A stretch of DNA of 64,000 bases from a candidate division WOR-3 bacterium (GCA_023131835.1 JAGLZA010000099.1:787-64786), one strand, 5' to 3'. Numbered from the stretch's first letter, positions 8,662 to 19,363 are shown. Notes: generated from the sequence alone by a model not told the origin. Program-made: numbers and translations.

Positions 8662-10395
8662 TTATGCATTAGGCATCTTTATAAAACCATTTCTCATCAA
8701 AGATTTTGTTTCTTCCCGAGCATTTCTTATAGTAATCTCAGCCTTCCTGTACAACTCCTCTTCAGAAATCTTTAACCTGGCAACACCCTGCTCTATTGCC
8801 TTCATACCAACAGCAGTTGCCTCCCTTGGATAAACTTCCCACTCATCCATTGTTGGAACTATATATTCTTCAGAAAGACCTTTGTCTTCGGCACATTTTG
8901 CCAGTTCAGCAGCAGCAGCAATACACATCTCATCAGTTATTGTTTTTGCCATTACATCTAAAGCACCTCTGAAGATACCTGGAAATCCTAGTGAATTATT
9001 AACCTGATTGGGAAAATCCGATCTACCTGTTGCAACTATTCTTGCACCAGCTTTCTTTGCTTCCCATGGCCATATCTCAGGAACAGGATTGGCACAGGCA
9101 AAGACTACTGCATCATCTGCCATTAAACTTACCCATTCTGGTTTAATAGTACCAGGACCAGATCGTGAAAGCGCAATACAGACATTTGCATCTTTCATTG
9201 CCTCGGGTATTCTTCCTTTTCTACCCTCAGCATTAGATATCTGACACATATTCCATTTCTCTTTCAAATCTTTAAGATCCTTCCTTTCTTTATTCAGAAT
9301 CCCCTTACTGTCTACCATAATAATATTCTGGGGATTAACACCAGCTGCAATTATAACTCTTGAGATAGCAATATTTGAGGCACCTGCACCTACCATTGTT
9401 ATCTTTGCTTCACTGAGTCCTATGTTTATAATCTTGAGCGCATTTATCAACCCGGCCAGAGTTACTGCTGCCGTTCCCTGCTGGTCATCATGCCAGACCG
9501 GAATGTCCATTTCTTTCCGCAGTTTATCTAATATATAGAAACATTTTGGCTTAGCGATATCTTCTAAATTTATCCCACCAAAGGTAGGTGCTAACCATTT
9601 ACATGCGGTAATTATTTCATCCGGATCCTTGGTATCCAGCATTATAGGAAAAGCATCCACCCCACCCAAGTATTTAAAAAGGATTGCCTTACCTTCCATT
9701 ACAGGTAGACCAGCCTCCGGTCCTATATCACCAAGCCCTAAAACTCTCGTGCCATCGGATACAATGGCAACGAGATTTCCCTTATTTGTGTGTTCATAGA
9801 CCTTTTCCGGGTTCTTACTAATATCACGGCAAGGTTCGGCAACTCCAGGTGTATACCATATTGCAAAATCATTAAAATCTCTAATGCAGCATTTAGGAAT
9901 AACCGAAATTTTTCCACGATAAAAAGGATGTAGTGTCATGGCATCTTCACCTGGTTTATTTGCTTTAGCAAGAAGTTCTTCAAGAGATACAGTCTTTGTA
10001 AGAGTCTCTATCCTGGCTAAGAGCGTACTTGGCGAAACAGGTTTTTCTAAAAAATTATCTACGGGTAAGAGTTGTGTTCCTGCTATTTCAGAAAAGTCCA
10101 TTTTCATAACTTCCTGTATACTGGATATGATCAATATTGGGATTTTAGAACAACTAAAATACGGAGATTTTCTATCAGGATTTCTTAGCTTATTTACAAC
10201 TTCCAAACCAGCCGTAATATGCTCCATCATAATATCCAGTACAATTAAGTCAGGCATAATCTCCTTTACATTTTCGAGAGCCTCTTTTGCTGAACTTGCA
10301 CAGGCACATTCATAAGAATTGCTTTCCAGTATTGTCCTGGTTGCAAGTACAAAATCCGGGTCATCATCAACAATAAGGATTTTCTTTTTATCCAT
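8662..10395 (-). CDS. Response-regulator receiver domain fused to NAD(P)-dependent malic enzyme
   Basis: The N-terminal ~120 aa form a REC domain (KILIVDDDPDFV...DLIVLDIMM). The remainder carries malic enzyme motifs (IWYTPGVAEPC, GKAILFK, GGINLEDIAKPKCF, GAGASNIAI) in a single ORF. Confidence 0.8.
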   Translation of the reverse strand: MDKKKILIVDDDPDFVLATRTILESNSYECACASSAKEALENVKEIMPDLIVLDIMMEHITAGLEVVNKLRNPDRKSPYFSCSKIPILIISSIQEVMKMDFSEIAGTQLLPVDNFLEKPVSPSTLLARIETLTKTVSLEELLAKANKPGEDAMTLHPFYRGKISVIPKCCIRDFNDFAIWYTPGVAEPCRDISKNPEKVYEHTNKGNLVAIVSDGTRVLGLGDIGPEAGLPVMEGKAILFKYLGGVDAFPIMLDTKDPDEIITACKWLAPTFGGINLEDIAKPKCFYILDKLRKEMDIPVWHDDQQGTAAVTLAGLINALKIINIGLSEAKITMVGAGASNIAISRVIIAAGVNPQNIIMVDSKGILNKERKDLKDLKEKWNMCQISNAEGRKGRIPEAMKDANVCIALSRSGPGTIKPEWVSLMADDAVVFACANPVPEIWPWEAKKAGARIVATGRSDFPNQVNNSLGFPGIFRGALDVMAKTITDEMCIAAAAELAKCAEDKGLSEEYIVPTMDEWEVYPREATAVGMKAIEQGVARLKISEEELYRKAEITIRNAREETKSLMRNGFIKMPNA

Positions 10396-10561
10396 TTTTA
10401 CCTCCTAAATTTTAGTAAAAGTAAGCTATAAAAAGTTCTAAAAACTTTAACCCTTCTGTGTCTGCCTTTAACGTCATTCTACAGGGAGCTAATACTCCTA
10501 TGACTATTGATATTATTTGCGTATCAGCTAAATTCAACAAAATCTTATTACTCTTATCAGT

Positions 10562-11350
10562 CTAAACATATTGTTGTATTTTCTTCAGTAGAACTTCAGG
10601 TTTTATAGGCTTGGGAATCAACTCATCCACCTTGTGAGTAGCAGCTATAGTATGGACAAAATCGGGCTTTCTGAACTGCTTATCAAGGGTTGTCACGATA
10701 AGAATGGGTATATTGTATGTCTGAGCATTCGTTTTTAATTCACGAGATACCGTAAAGCCATCTTTATCGGGAAGCATTACATCTATTATAATAAGATCGG
10801 GAGTCATTGCTTTTACCATTCTAATCCCTCCATGACCAGTATCTGCAGTCTGTACCTCATAATTGTTTGCTTCCAGCACCAAACGCATAGAGCGCACGAA
10901 ATCACGGTCACTATCAATAAAAAGAATTTTTTTCTTCTCTGAGGGTTCAGATACAGTAATCTCTCTGCGAGTGATTAATGCATACACCCTGGCAAGTAAA
11001 TCTTTATAATCGATAGGTTTTTCAGCAAAATCATCTGCCTTATGGTGTAGCGCAATCTTCTCAGCATATTTTTCTCCTTCTGTTTCAGTACTAACCGAAG
11101 TCAGAACAAGAATTGGTATTTCAAAGAAGTCTGTGCTCTCTTTAAATTCACTACAAAGTGAAAATCCATCCTGGCCAGGGAGCATTATATCCAGAATAAT
11201 CAGGTCTGGTTTCTCTTTTTTTAGCCTGAGTCGGGCTGATCTACTATCATTGGCTATGACTACTTCGTATCCTTTGTTTTCCAGTATCTTAGTTGTAGCT
11301 GTACAAAAATCTATATCGTCATCAACAATTAAGATCTTTGCTCCTTTCAT
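10562..11350 (-). CDS. Response regulator with two tandem receiver domains and no output domain
   Basis: Two REC units (KILIVDDDIDF...LIILDIMLPGQDG and KILFIDSDRDF...LIIIDVMLPDKDG) in 262 aa. The start overlaps the upstream gene by 4 nt. Confidence 0.8.
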   Translation of the reverse strand: MKGAKILIVDDDIDFCTATTKILENKGYEVVIANDSRSARLRLKKEKPDLIILDIMLPGQDGFSLCSEFKESTDFFEIPILVLTSVSTETEGEKYAEKIALHHKADDFAEKPIDYKDLLARVYALITRREITVSEPSEKKKILFIDSDRDFVRSMRLVLEANNYEVQTADTGHGGIRMVKAMTPDLIIIDVMLPDKDGFTVSRELKTNAQTYNIPILIVTTLDKQFRKPDFVHTIAATHKVDELIPKPIKPEVLLKKIQQYV

Positions 11351-12450
11351 TTTTTCACCTCCTTGTTTTTCACCCGGGGTAAAAATACAGTAAAAGTACT
11401 TCCTTTCCCAGGTTCACTTATCACCTTGATAGTACCATAATGAGCATCTATTATCTTCTTTACAATAGATAATCCTAAACCGGTACCACCAGTTCTTTTT
11501 GTTTTCTGATCCTTGGTTTGATAAAACTGCTCGAAGATAAAGGGTAATTCCTCAACTTTGATCCCCACACCATTATCAGAAATATCTACTACAATATTCT
11601 CATTTTCTTCTTTCACATTGATTGTGAGAGACCCCCCATCTTTTCCATACTCTATTCCATTATCCAGTAGGTTTAAAAATGCCTGCTTTAAAGTTTCCCT
11701 GTCGCCAAGAACCATTGGCAAATCCATTGGAACATCCATTTTCAAGTTAATGTTTTTCTGTTTTGCTAATGTCTTAACTAAATTCAAAGCTTCAGTAAGA
11801 ATTGGAATCAATTCTACTGGTTCTAATTTATCTACGATTCTATTAGAATCTATTTTTGATAGGTTAAGCCAATCTTTGATTAACATCAAAAGTTCATCAA
11901 TCCTAATCTTTGACCTCTCTAACATTTGCCTTTGCTCTTTTGTAACTTCGCCTGCCATTCCTCCCAAAATTACTTCAAAATATTCCTGTACGGCTACAAG
12001 TGGCGTTCTTAGTTGATGTGAAACCATACTGATAAATCCTTCTCTCATTTTTTGTAATCGATGAACTTCAATAAGAGAATTTCTCTTCTCAAGAGCCCTT
12101 TTTGTGATTATTCTTAGTTCATCAGGCGTAAATGGTTTTGGTAAAAAATCATATGCGCCTTTTTTCATCACTTCGACTGCTGAATCTATTGTTGCATAAC
12201 CTGTAATAACTATTAAGACAATTTCCGGATCGATTTTCCTAATCTCTTCAAGGACTTCCATACCACTCATTCCTGGCATTTTGAGATCAATAAGTGCAAG
12301 GTCTGGTTTCAACTCTTTTACTTTCTGCAACCCGGTTAATCCATCTCCTGCAATATCTACAGAGTAACCATCCTTAGCATATACCTGAGTGCAGGAATCA
12401 CATATAGATTTATCATCATCAATTATCAATATTTTTGCAGTTCTTCTCAT
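11347..12450 (-). CDS. Hybrid histidine kinase: N-terminal receiver + HisKA + HATPase_c
   Basis: REC (KILIIDDDKSI...LALIDLKMPGMSG), an H-box (SMVSHQLRTPL), and N/G boxes (LLDNGIEY, GGTGLGLSIV). No transmembrane segments. Confidence 0.8.
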   Translation of the reverse strand: MRRTAKILIIDDDKSICDSCTQVYAKDGYSVDIAGDGLTGLQKVKELKPDLALIDLKMPGMSGMEVLEEIRKIDPEIVLIVITGYATIDSAVEVMKKGAYDFLPKPFTPDELRIITKRALEKRNSLIEVHRLQKMREGFISMVSHQLRTPLVAVQEYFEVILGGMAGEVTKEQRQMLERSKIRIDELLMLIKDWLNLSKIDSNRIVDKLEPVELIPILTEALNLVKTLAKQKNINLKMDVPMDLPMVLGDRETLKQAFLNLLDNGIEYGKDGGSLTINVKEENENIVVDISDNGVGIKVEELPFIFEQFYQTKDQKTKRTGGTGLGLSIVKKIIDAHYGTIKVISEPGKGSTFTVFLPRVKNKEVKK

Positions 12451-12700
12451 AATCGTCTCCCTTTTTATTTAAACTTTATTGCCTTACATTCTTTCAATCT
12501 GTTCAATTTCCATATATTCTATCAAAAATAACCCATTTCTTCTACATAAAAGTCTCTATTACTTATATGCAAATTTCATACCATAAAAAAATATCAATTT
12601 ACAGTTTTATTTAAGTGATTGGTCTTCTTTATGTTACTATAAATTTATTTAATTTATGGAAGGTTTTTCTATTGTTATTTTCATTAGTTTTTGGGGAGTT

Positions 12701-14065
12701 TTACCCCGGTTCTGGAGAATTATTTCCCGATTTTATTCCGTATTTTTTTATCTTTAAGCGTAGTGTTTTACGGTCGATTTTAAGTAATCTTGCAGCTTTA
12801 CTTTTATTCCAGTTACAAGCTTTTAGAATTTTATTTATATGTTCTTTTTCTACTGATTCAAGGGTAGAATCAGCAGGTCTTTCGCTATCTGTTCGTGATG
12901 GATAAAAGAGGTCGGCGGGTTTAATAATATCTCCCTTTGCCAGTACCACCGCTCGTTCTATGATATTTTGTAACTCCCTTACATTTCCTGGCCAGTCATA
13001 TGTGGTGAGTTCATGCATTGCTCTCTCTGAGATAGTTTTTACACCTTTCTTCCGCTTTCGATTATACCTGCCAAGGAAATAGTTTGCCAAAATAGGTATA
13101 TCGTCTCTTTGCTCCCGGAGTGGTGGAAGATGAATGGGTATTACACTTAGTCGGTAAAATAAGTCTTCGCGAAATGTCCCATCCCTTATACCTTTCACGA
13201 GATCCTTATTCGTAGCAGAAATAATTCTTACATCTATCTTGATAGTCTGAGTACTTCCGACTTTTGATATCTCCCTTTCCTGAATTGCCCGCAAGAGTTT
13301 ACCCTGAACATTTATACTGATATTTGCTATCTCGTCAAAGAATATAGTCCCTCTATTGCCAAGTTCAAATTTTCCATGCCTGGTGGCGATTGCTCCTGTA
13401 AAAGACCCCTTAACATGTCCAAACAGTTCACTCTCAAACAAGCTCTCTACAATACTACCACAATCAAAAGTAACGAAGGGTTTATTTTTCCTTTTACTAT
13501 AACGATGAATTGCCCTTGCTACAAGTTCCTTTCCTGTACCACTTTCTCCTGAGATTAGAATAGTACTATCGGTTGGTGCTATTTTTCTTATCAACTCTTT
13601 TATTTTTATCATCGCCTCACTTTCACCTATAATTCCATCCATTCTCATGTATGTGCTTAACTGTTCATGAAGATATATGTTTTCTATTGCCAATTTCCTT
13701 TTCTCTTCCGCTCTTTTAATAATTGCATTTAATTCCGGAGGAGTAAATGGTTTAGGAATGAAATCGTATGCTCCTAACTTCATCGCATTAACAGCTGATT
13801 CAACAGTAGCATATCCTGTTATAACAATCACAATAGTCTCAGGATTCTTATTCTTTATCTCACTTAGAACTTCCATGCCGCTTATACCAGGCATTTTCAA
13901 GTCCAGAATTACTATATCAAAATCTTTACTATCTAAAAGTTTGAGCCCTCTATAACCATCTCTGGCAACTGTTACATTATGTCCCTTCCTATGAAGCATC
14001 TCGTAAAGGGCATCACGCATAGCTTCTTCATCGTCTACCACCAAGATATTCAGACCTTCAGTCAT
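12701..14065 (-). CDS. Sigma-54-dependent response regulator (NtrC/DctD family: REC-AAA+-HTH)
   Basis: REC (LNILVVDDEEA), GESGTGKE Walker A, a GSFTGA-type GAFTGA motif, and a C-terminal Fis-type HTH. Start chosen at the ATG at 14065 (MTEGLN...), which overlaps the kinase stop by 8 nt. Confidence 0.8.
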   Translation of the reverse strand: MTEGLNILVVDDEEAMRDALYEMLHRKGHNVTVARDGYRGLKLLDSKDFDIVILDLKMPGISGMEVLSEIKNKNPETIVIVITGYATVESAVNAMKLGAYDFIPKPFTPPELNAIIKRAEEKRKLAIENIYLHEQLSTYMRMDGIIGESEAMIKIKELIRKIAPTDSTILISGESGTGKELVARAIHRYSKRKNKPFVTFDCGSIVESLFESELFGHVKGSFTGAIATRHGKFELGNRGTIFFDEIANISINVQGKLLRAIQEREISKVGSTQTIKIDVRIISATNKDLVKGIRDGTFREDLFYRLSVIPIHLPPLREQRDDIPILANYFLGRYNRKRKKGVKTISERAMHELTTYDWPGNVRELQNIIERAVVLAKGDIIKPADLFYPSRTDSERPADSTLESVEKEHINKILKACNWNKSKAARLLKIDRKTLRLKIKKYGIKSGNNSPEPG

Positions 14066-15974
14066 CCTTTCTCTGTATTGGCAATTGAATAGTAAATGTA
14101 GAACCCTTCCCAACCTCACTATCAATATTTATTCTACCATTATGCTTTTTAATAATCCCATAACTTATGGCAAGACCAAGACCTATTCCATGCCCTTTTG
14201 TTTTAGTTGAGAAAAATGGTTCAAACAGTTTTTTAATATTTTGTTCCGGAATTCCACACCCTGTATCAGTAAATTTCGCGTTTATGAATTTTCCATCAGA
14301 TGAGGTTTCAATTATCAATTCCCCCTGCCCTTCCATTGCCTCAGCGGCATTTAGTACAATATTCATAAATACTTGTTGTATTTGTGTTTCATCCACCATA
14401 ACAAAGGGTAGGTTTATCGAGAGCTTCTTGATTATTTTTATATTATGGAATACCGCTTGTCTTTCCACAAGTGATAAAACTTCATTAACTATTCTATTTA
14501 CATCGGAGGGTTTCATTTCAGGTTCACTTTGATGCGCAAAATCAAGAAGTCCTTTTACGATTACTTTACATCGCGTCGCTTGATTAACTATCTTCTTCAG
14601 ATTTTCTCCACGAGGATCATTCTCTTCTAAATCCTCAAGTAAAAGGTGACTATATATCAAAATACTTCCAAGAGGATTATTTATTTCATGGGCAACCCCT
14701 GCTGCTAATTGCCCTATCATAGCCAACCTCTCCGACTTCATTATTTCCTGCTTTACATATTCTTTTAATTGTTCATCTCTTTCTTTTATTGAATCTGCCA
14801 TACAGTTAAATGCCCTTGCCAGTTCTCCAATCGCATCTCCAGTCCTACATTCAACCCTATGACTTAAGTATCCTTTTGCTAATTTATCAGAGGCAGAGAC
14901 AAGAGAGCGAATAGGCCTTGTTATACTATTTGAAAGGATATTTGAAATAGCAAAAGCGACGAGTATCCCAGCAAATGTTATCATCAAAAACGTTAATAAA
15001 GTTCGTCTTCTCATATCCACAAATTTTTCTTCAAGTATTCCAACATACAGAATACCAATTACTTTATTTTTGATATTTCTTATAGGTTCATAGGCTGTTA
15101 TATACCAATTATTTACTACAAATGCTCTGCCAATCCAGGGTTCCCCTTTTATCAATACTTTATTGTTTACTTCTTTCGATACACGTGTACCAATAGCTCT
15201 AGTTCCACCCACTGTTTTTACATTGGTGGAGATACGTAGGTCTCCCTGAAAAATTGTAGCAGTTCCAATGTCTTTTTCCTTGTATGTCTCTCCACGATAT
15301 ACTATATCTTTTATCTTATCCACAATTTCATAATTTCTATTGAGCAAGTTCCCACCATATAATACCCCGATTAAGTTTCCCTTTTTATCAAGGACAGGAG
15401 CTGCTGCTTTTATCATCATTCCAGAGGTCTCTTCTTTTCCTGGTCTTGGTTTTGCTTTAGGAGTCGAAATAAGCTTCATACGAACCTGCAGAGCAAGGTC
15501 CTCTCCTTCTTTTACTAATTCATCTCTTGTGATTATCACTGTAGATGCAACTATTTCTTTCATATAAATCACCCTTCCTATGAGCTCATCATCTACCTGG
15601 TAGTCTCCATAAACTGCAGGGTTCCGCGCTCTGAAAATAACTTTACCATTACTATCTGTTAAAACGAGTATATCCAAAGATTCCCTTTTTCTAATTTTCC
15701 TTATTTCTGTTTCCAGGTTGCCTATATTATTTTTCAAGATTGCATCTTTTAAGAAGAACCGTAGAGCAGTTAAACGAATTGAAGTCCTAACTTCTTTTAT
15801 TTTATCTTTGTATATTTCTCTTGCTGAATTAAGGTCTAATTCAACCTTATTCTGAGCTTGTTTCACTATTCTATCACCAATTAGGTGTACTCCTACTGTG
15901 GTAGACACAATACCAGTAAGTATGATTACTGATATAAAATAAAAGAGTAGCTTTAATCGAAGTGAAATCTTCAT
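14058..15974 (-). CDS. Sensor histidine kinase with periplasmic double-PDC/Cache-like domain (DctB-like)
   Basis: Two TM segments flank a ~280-aa extracytoplasmic domain, followed by HAMP, an H-box (GVAHEINNPL) and HATPase (GHGIGLGL). Translationally coupled to the sigma54 regulator. Confidence 0.75.
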   Translation of the reverse strand: MKISLRLKLLFYFISVIILTGIVSTTVGVHLIGDRIVKQAQNKVELDLNSAREIYKDKIKEVRTSIRLTALRFFLKDAILKNNIGNLETEIRKIRKRESLDILVLTDSNGKVIFRARNPAVYGDYQVDDELIGRVIYMKEIVASTVIITRDELVKEGEDLALQVRMKLISTPKAKPRPGKEETSGMMIKAAAPVLDKKGNLIGVLYGGNLLNRNYEIVDKIKDIVYRGETYKEKDIGTATIFQGDLRISTNVKTVGGTRAIGTRVSKEVNNKVLIKGEPWIGRAFVVNNWYITAYEPIRNIKNKVIGILYVGILEEKFVDMRRRTLLTFLMITFAGILVAFAISNILSNSITRPIRSLVSASDKLAKGYLSHRVECRTGDAIGELARAFNCMADSIKERDEQLKEYVKQEIMKSERLAMIGQLAAGVAHEINNPLGSILIYSHLLLEDLEENDPRGENLKKIVNQATRCKVIVKGLLDFAHQSEPEMKPSDVNRIVNEVLSLVERQAVFHNIKIIKKLSINLPFVMVDETQIQQVFMNIVLNAAEAMEGQGELIIETSSDGKFINAKFTDTGCGIPEQNIKKLFEPFFSTKTKGHGIGLGLAISYGIIKKHNGRINIDSEVGKGSTFTIQLPIQRKDD

Positions 15975-16092
15975 AAGTATTTAGAGGTGATAAAAAAACA
16001 TAAACTAAGGCAGTTCTGATTTGTACTGTATGCTTGCCTATTTATTTCTATAAGAGCAAATATTCCAGCGAGCATAGATTCCTGCCTTCTTT

Positions 16093-17148
16093 CTATTTCA
16101 ACGACTCCCATACAAGGTCCAGGAGATTCTTGACCTTAAGTTTTCCGCTATTCTTACTGGCTACGTTTCCTATATTAAATTCGCAGGTCGGACAGAGTGT
16201 TACGAGAGTATCCACTCCTATTTCCAGAGCCTGGTTCACACGCTTTTCTGCAAGTTTTTCTGCAAGTGGATTATTGGTAACGAGTAATCCTCCGCCTCCT
16301 CCACAACATTCTGCTTGTTTACCACTGGTTGGTAATTCCACAAGCTCCACGCCTATCTCTTTCAATATACTTCTTGGCTCATCCACCATATCCATACCTC
16401 GGGCAACGTTACACGGGTCATGATAGGTAACCTTTGTTCCGAGTTTTTTATGCTCAACTTCAGGTAACCTTTTTACCACCTCCTCTATCACATATATAGC
16501 TTCAAGATCGGGATAATTTTTCCTGATAAAGAACACACAGGTTGTGCACATACATATAAACTTTTTGTAAGGAAATCTCCTGCGAAACTCCTCCTTATGT
16601 GTTGCAAGGTCGTCTTTATAACCAAGGACTCCAAATGGCATACCACAACAGGTCTCATCCACTACCTTCGGCTTTATACCTAACTTCTCTAAAATCTCAA
16701 GATATCTTTTTGTATCTTCTGTTCTCTCAAGGAGGCGGCATCCGAGGAGAACAGGAACTTCCCCATTTCGTACTGGAGACTTCAGTTCTTTACCAAAGAT
16801 GTTTCCTGTGTCTTTAATCTTATCTAATAATTCCAAATGAGCTTCATTTTTATAACCATCATTCACAAGATCTGTCCTCGCAGCGGTTAAAATATCAGGG
16901 ACTGATACATTGGCAGAACATCTTTCCACGCAATCTCTACAATAGGTGCACTCAAATATCTTATCTGCAATATACTCAGAAGACTCAAGTTCCCCGGAGA
17001 AAAGTCCGTATGATAGGACAATCTTACCCCTTGCTCCATCTGATTCCCATCCAAGCTCCTTATATACAGGACAACCTTCAAAACAGTAAGCACATCTAAT
17101 ACAAATATTTAACTCTGCTTCCCATTTTTTTAGTTCTTTTGCATCCAT
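16093..17148 (-). CDS. (Fe-S)-binding oxidoreductase subunit with two CCG domains (GlcF/LutA/HdrD-like)
   Basis: N-terminal CIRCAYCFEGC and CTYCRDCVERC motifs, followed by two CCG motifs (TCCGMPFGVLG, ECCGGGGG). Adjacent to the FAD oxidase gene. Confidence 0.75.
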   Translation of the reverse strand: MDAKELKKWEAELNICIRCAYCFEGCPVYKELGWESDGARGKIVLSYGLFSGELESSEYIADKIFECTYCRDCVERCSANVSVPDILTAARTDLVNDGYKNEAHLELLDKIKDTGNIFGKELKSPVRNGEVPVLLGCRLLERTEDTKRYLEILEKLGIKPKVVDETCCGMPFGVLGYKDDLATHKEEFRRRFPYKKFICMCTTCVFFIRKNYPDLEAIYVIEEVVKRLPEVEHKKLGTKVTYHDPCNVARGMDMVDEPRSILKEIGVELVELPTSGKQAECCGGGGGLLVTNNPLAEKLAEKRVNQALEIGVDTLVTLCPTCEFNIGNVASKNSGKLKVKNLLDLVWESLK

Positions 17149-17156
17149 CCTATCAT

Positions 17157-18584
17157 CTATTCCTTAACTCTATATCTAATGGGGGTTGCTGTTAACCAAT
17201 CATCGGGTGCATCCATCAATTTATGTGGATTTAAAATATTATTTGGGTCAAGTGCATGTTTGATTTTCCGCATTGCTTCAACAAGGTCCTTCCTTGCTCT
17301 CTTCCATGCAGGTGCTTTAGATAAAGCTATACCATGCTCTCCAGAAGTTATTCCACCAATACTATCCACATAATCATAAACTTCTTCAACTGCGTTTTTT
17401 GCAGCCTCCCATTGCTCTTTTTTTGTCGTATCCATCAAAATCTTTGTATGCATAACACCTGAGCCACAGTGTCCGTATGCAGTCATTATTATTCCATTCT
17501 TTTCCGCTATTTCGTGAATCTTCATGGCGCATTCTGCCATTTTTGAATACGGAACTGCCATATCATCTGCAAGTGAAGTACAGGCAAATCCCTCTTTGTA
17601 TCGTGATAATGCCGGGAATAGTTTCTTACGACCGGCGTATATCTTCGTACGCTCTTTCGCATCATAACTCATTGCCGTAACTTTACCATCGTGTTTCTCG
17701 CAAATCTCTTTCATTCCTTGCATTTCAAAATCTACAGCTTCCTTGACCTTACCATCGGCTTCAAAGAGTATAATCGCTTCAACATCAGGTAACCCTAGTT
17801 TCATTGCAGTATTGACTGCTTCAATCGCAATATTATCCATAAGTTCAAGCATTGATGGTTCTGCCCCACTCGCAATTATATTCGCTATTGCATTACCTGC
17901 ATCTTCAAGTTTCTCAAAGGTTGCCATACCAAGACATCTAAGCTTCGGTAACGGTATAAACTTCATGGTTGCTTCAACAATAATACCAAGTGTTCCCTCT
18001 GAGCCAACCATTAACCTGTGTATCTGATACCCTGCCGCTTCAACACGGGTCTTACCACCAAGATTCACAATTTCGCCATCAGCAAGCACAACCTTCATTC
18101 CTAATACATAATCCCTTGTAGCACCATATTTTACGGATCGTATGCCACTGGCATTATTAGCGATTTCACCCCCTATTGTTGCGATTCGACTTGATGCAGG
18201 TGATGGTGGGTAGAACACTCCAAAAGGTTTAATTGCGCGATTTAAATCATCATCCACTACACCAGATTCAACACGACAATACATATCTTCGCACTTTATT
18301 TCAAGTATACGGTTCATTCCCTTCATATCGAGTACAATCCCGTGGTCAATAGGTACGGAGTGACCGGACATTCCAGAACCAGCTCCACGCGCTATTACAG
18401 GAATTATCTCATTATTTGCATACTCTATGATTTTTTGAATCTGTTCAACAGTCCTAGGTCGAACAACTACATTTGGCAACTCCCGATGAATAGATGCATC
18501 TGAACCATATACATATAACTCTGCAAGCGCATCTCGAACATTTTCTTCACCAACTATTTCTACTAATACCTTTTTGATTTCCAT
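17157..18584 (-). CDS. FAD-linked oxidase (GlcD / D-lactate dehydrogenase family)
   Basis: An FAD-binding PCMH-type domain (ARGAGSGMSGHSVP) and a C-terminal FAD-oxidase domain, paired with the CCG Fe-S subunit. Confidence 0.75.
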   Translation of the reverse strand: MEIKKVLVEIVGEENVRDALAELYVYGSDASIHRELPNVVVRPRTVEQIQKIIEYANNEIIPVIARGAGSGMSGHSVPIDHGIVLDMKGMNRILEIKCEDMYCRVESGVVDDDLNRAIKPFGVFYPPSPASSRIATIGGEIANNASGIRSVKYGATRDYVLGMKVVLADGEIVNLGGKTRVEAAGYQIHRLMVGSEGTLGIIVEATMKFIPLPKLRCLGMATFEKLEDAGNAIANIIASGAEPSMLELMDNIAIEAVNTAMKLGLPDVEAIILFEADGKVKEAVDFEMQGMKEICEKHDGKVTAMSYDAKERTKIYAGRKKLFPALSRYKEGFACTSLADDMAVPYSKMAECAMKIHEIAEKNGIIMTAYGHCGSGVMHTKILMDTTKKEQWEAAKNAVEEVYDYVDSIGGITSGEHGIALSKAPAWKRARKDLVEAMRKIKHALDPNNILNPHKLMDAPDDWLTATPIRYRVKE

Positions 18585-18760
18585 ACCAACCTCCCATTAA
18601 ATCCAAAGTAAACTTAATAAAAAAATACAGGATGTCAAGGTAGGTGAGTGTTTGTTTGATTACATGATTCTCCGATCAAACGGCTTACTCTCTCCTAATT
18701 CTAAGAGTTCCTCTTCAACCAAATTCCCCCTTCCTAAATTTCTTAGTTTCGCTTCTTTAG

Positions 18761-19363
18761 CTATTTTTCTATTTCTCTGTGTATCTTCTCTAAGTTCTTC
18801 TGGATCTCTTTACCTAATTCGTTATAGAGGCTATTTCCGTGTGCATCTATGGTCACAGTTAAAGGACCAAATTCGCAAACATCGAGTATCCAGGCAGCCT
18901 CAGGTATACCCAGTTCATCAAGCCAATAAACATCTTCTACCTTCTTAATCGCCATGGCAGCCAGAGCTCCTGCTCCTCCTGTATAATGAACATATACAGC
19001 ACCTACTTCTTCTAAAGCCTTTAGAGTCCTATCAGCCATTCCTCCTTTACCAATAATCATTCTACATTTAAAGGTTTTTAAGAATTCGTCTTCAAAGATT
19101 TCCATCCTGATAGAGGTAGTAGGACCCGCAGAAACGATTCTCCATTCGTCATTCTTCTTCTGAACCACCGGACCACAGTGGAAAAGTGCCATATCTTCAG
19201 GTTTGAATGGTATATCTTTACCTTCTTTATGTAATTCCAACATTTTCAAGTGGCATTCATCCCTCGCAGTAAACATCTTGCCAGATATATAAACCGTATC
19301 GCCAACCTTGAGATTCTGTATATCCTTCTTATCAAATGGAGTATTTAATTTTATAGTTGCCAT
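18761..19363 (-). CDS. Class I fumarate hydratase / L(+)-tartrate dehydratase beta subunit
   Basis: About 200 aa of FumA-C/TtdB-like sequence (GDTVYISGKMFTARDECH...) immediately downstream of the alpha subunit gene. Confidence 0.7.
   Translation of the reverse strand: MATIKLNTPFDKKDIQNLKVGDTVYISGKMFTARDECHLKMLELHKEGKDIPFKPEDMALFHCGPVVQKKNDEWRIVSAGPTTSIRMEIFEDEFLKTFKCRMIIGKGGMADRTLKALEEVGAVYVHYTGGAGALAAMAIKKVEDVYWLDELGIPEAAWILDVCEFGPLTVTIDAHGNSLYNELGKEIQKNLEKIHREIEK

Noticed and set aside
14065-14125. Longer N-terminal extension of the sigma54 regulator (track start 14125, MIVRLGRVLHLLFNCQYRER...)
   Set aside because: The extension overlaps 68 nt of the upstream kinase gene and lacks an RBS. 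The ATG at 14065 gives the canonical REC N-terminus and an 8-nt coupling overlap.
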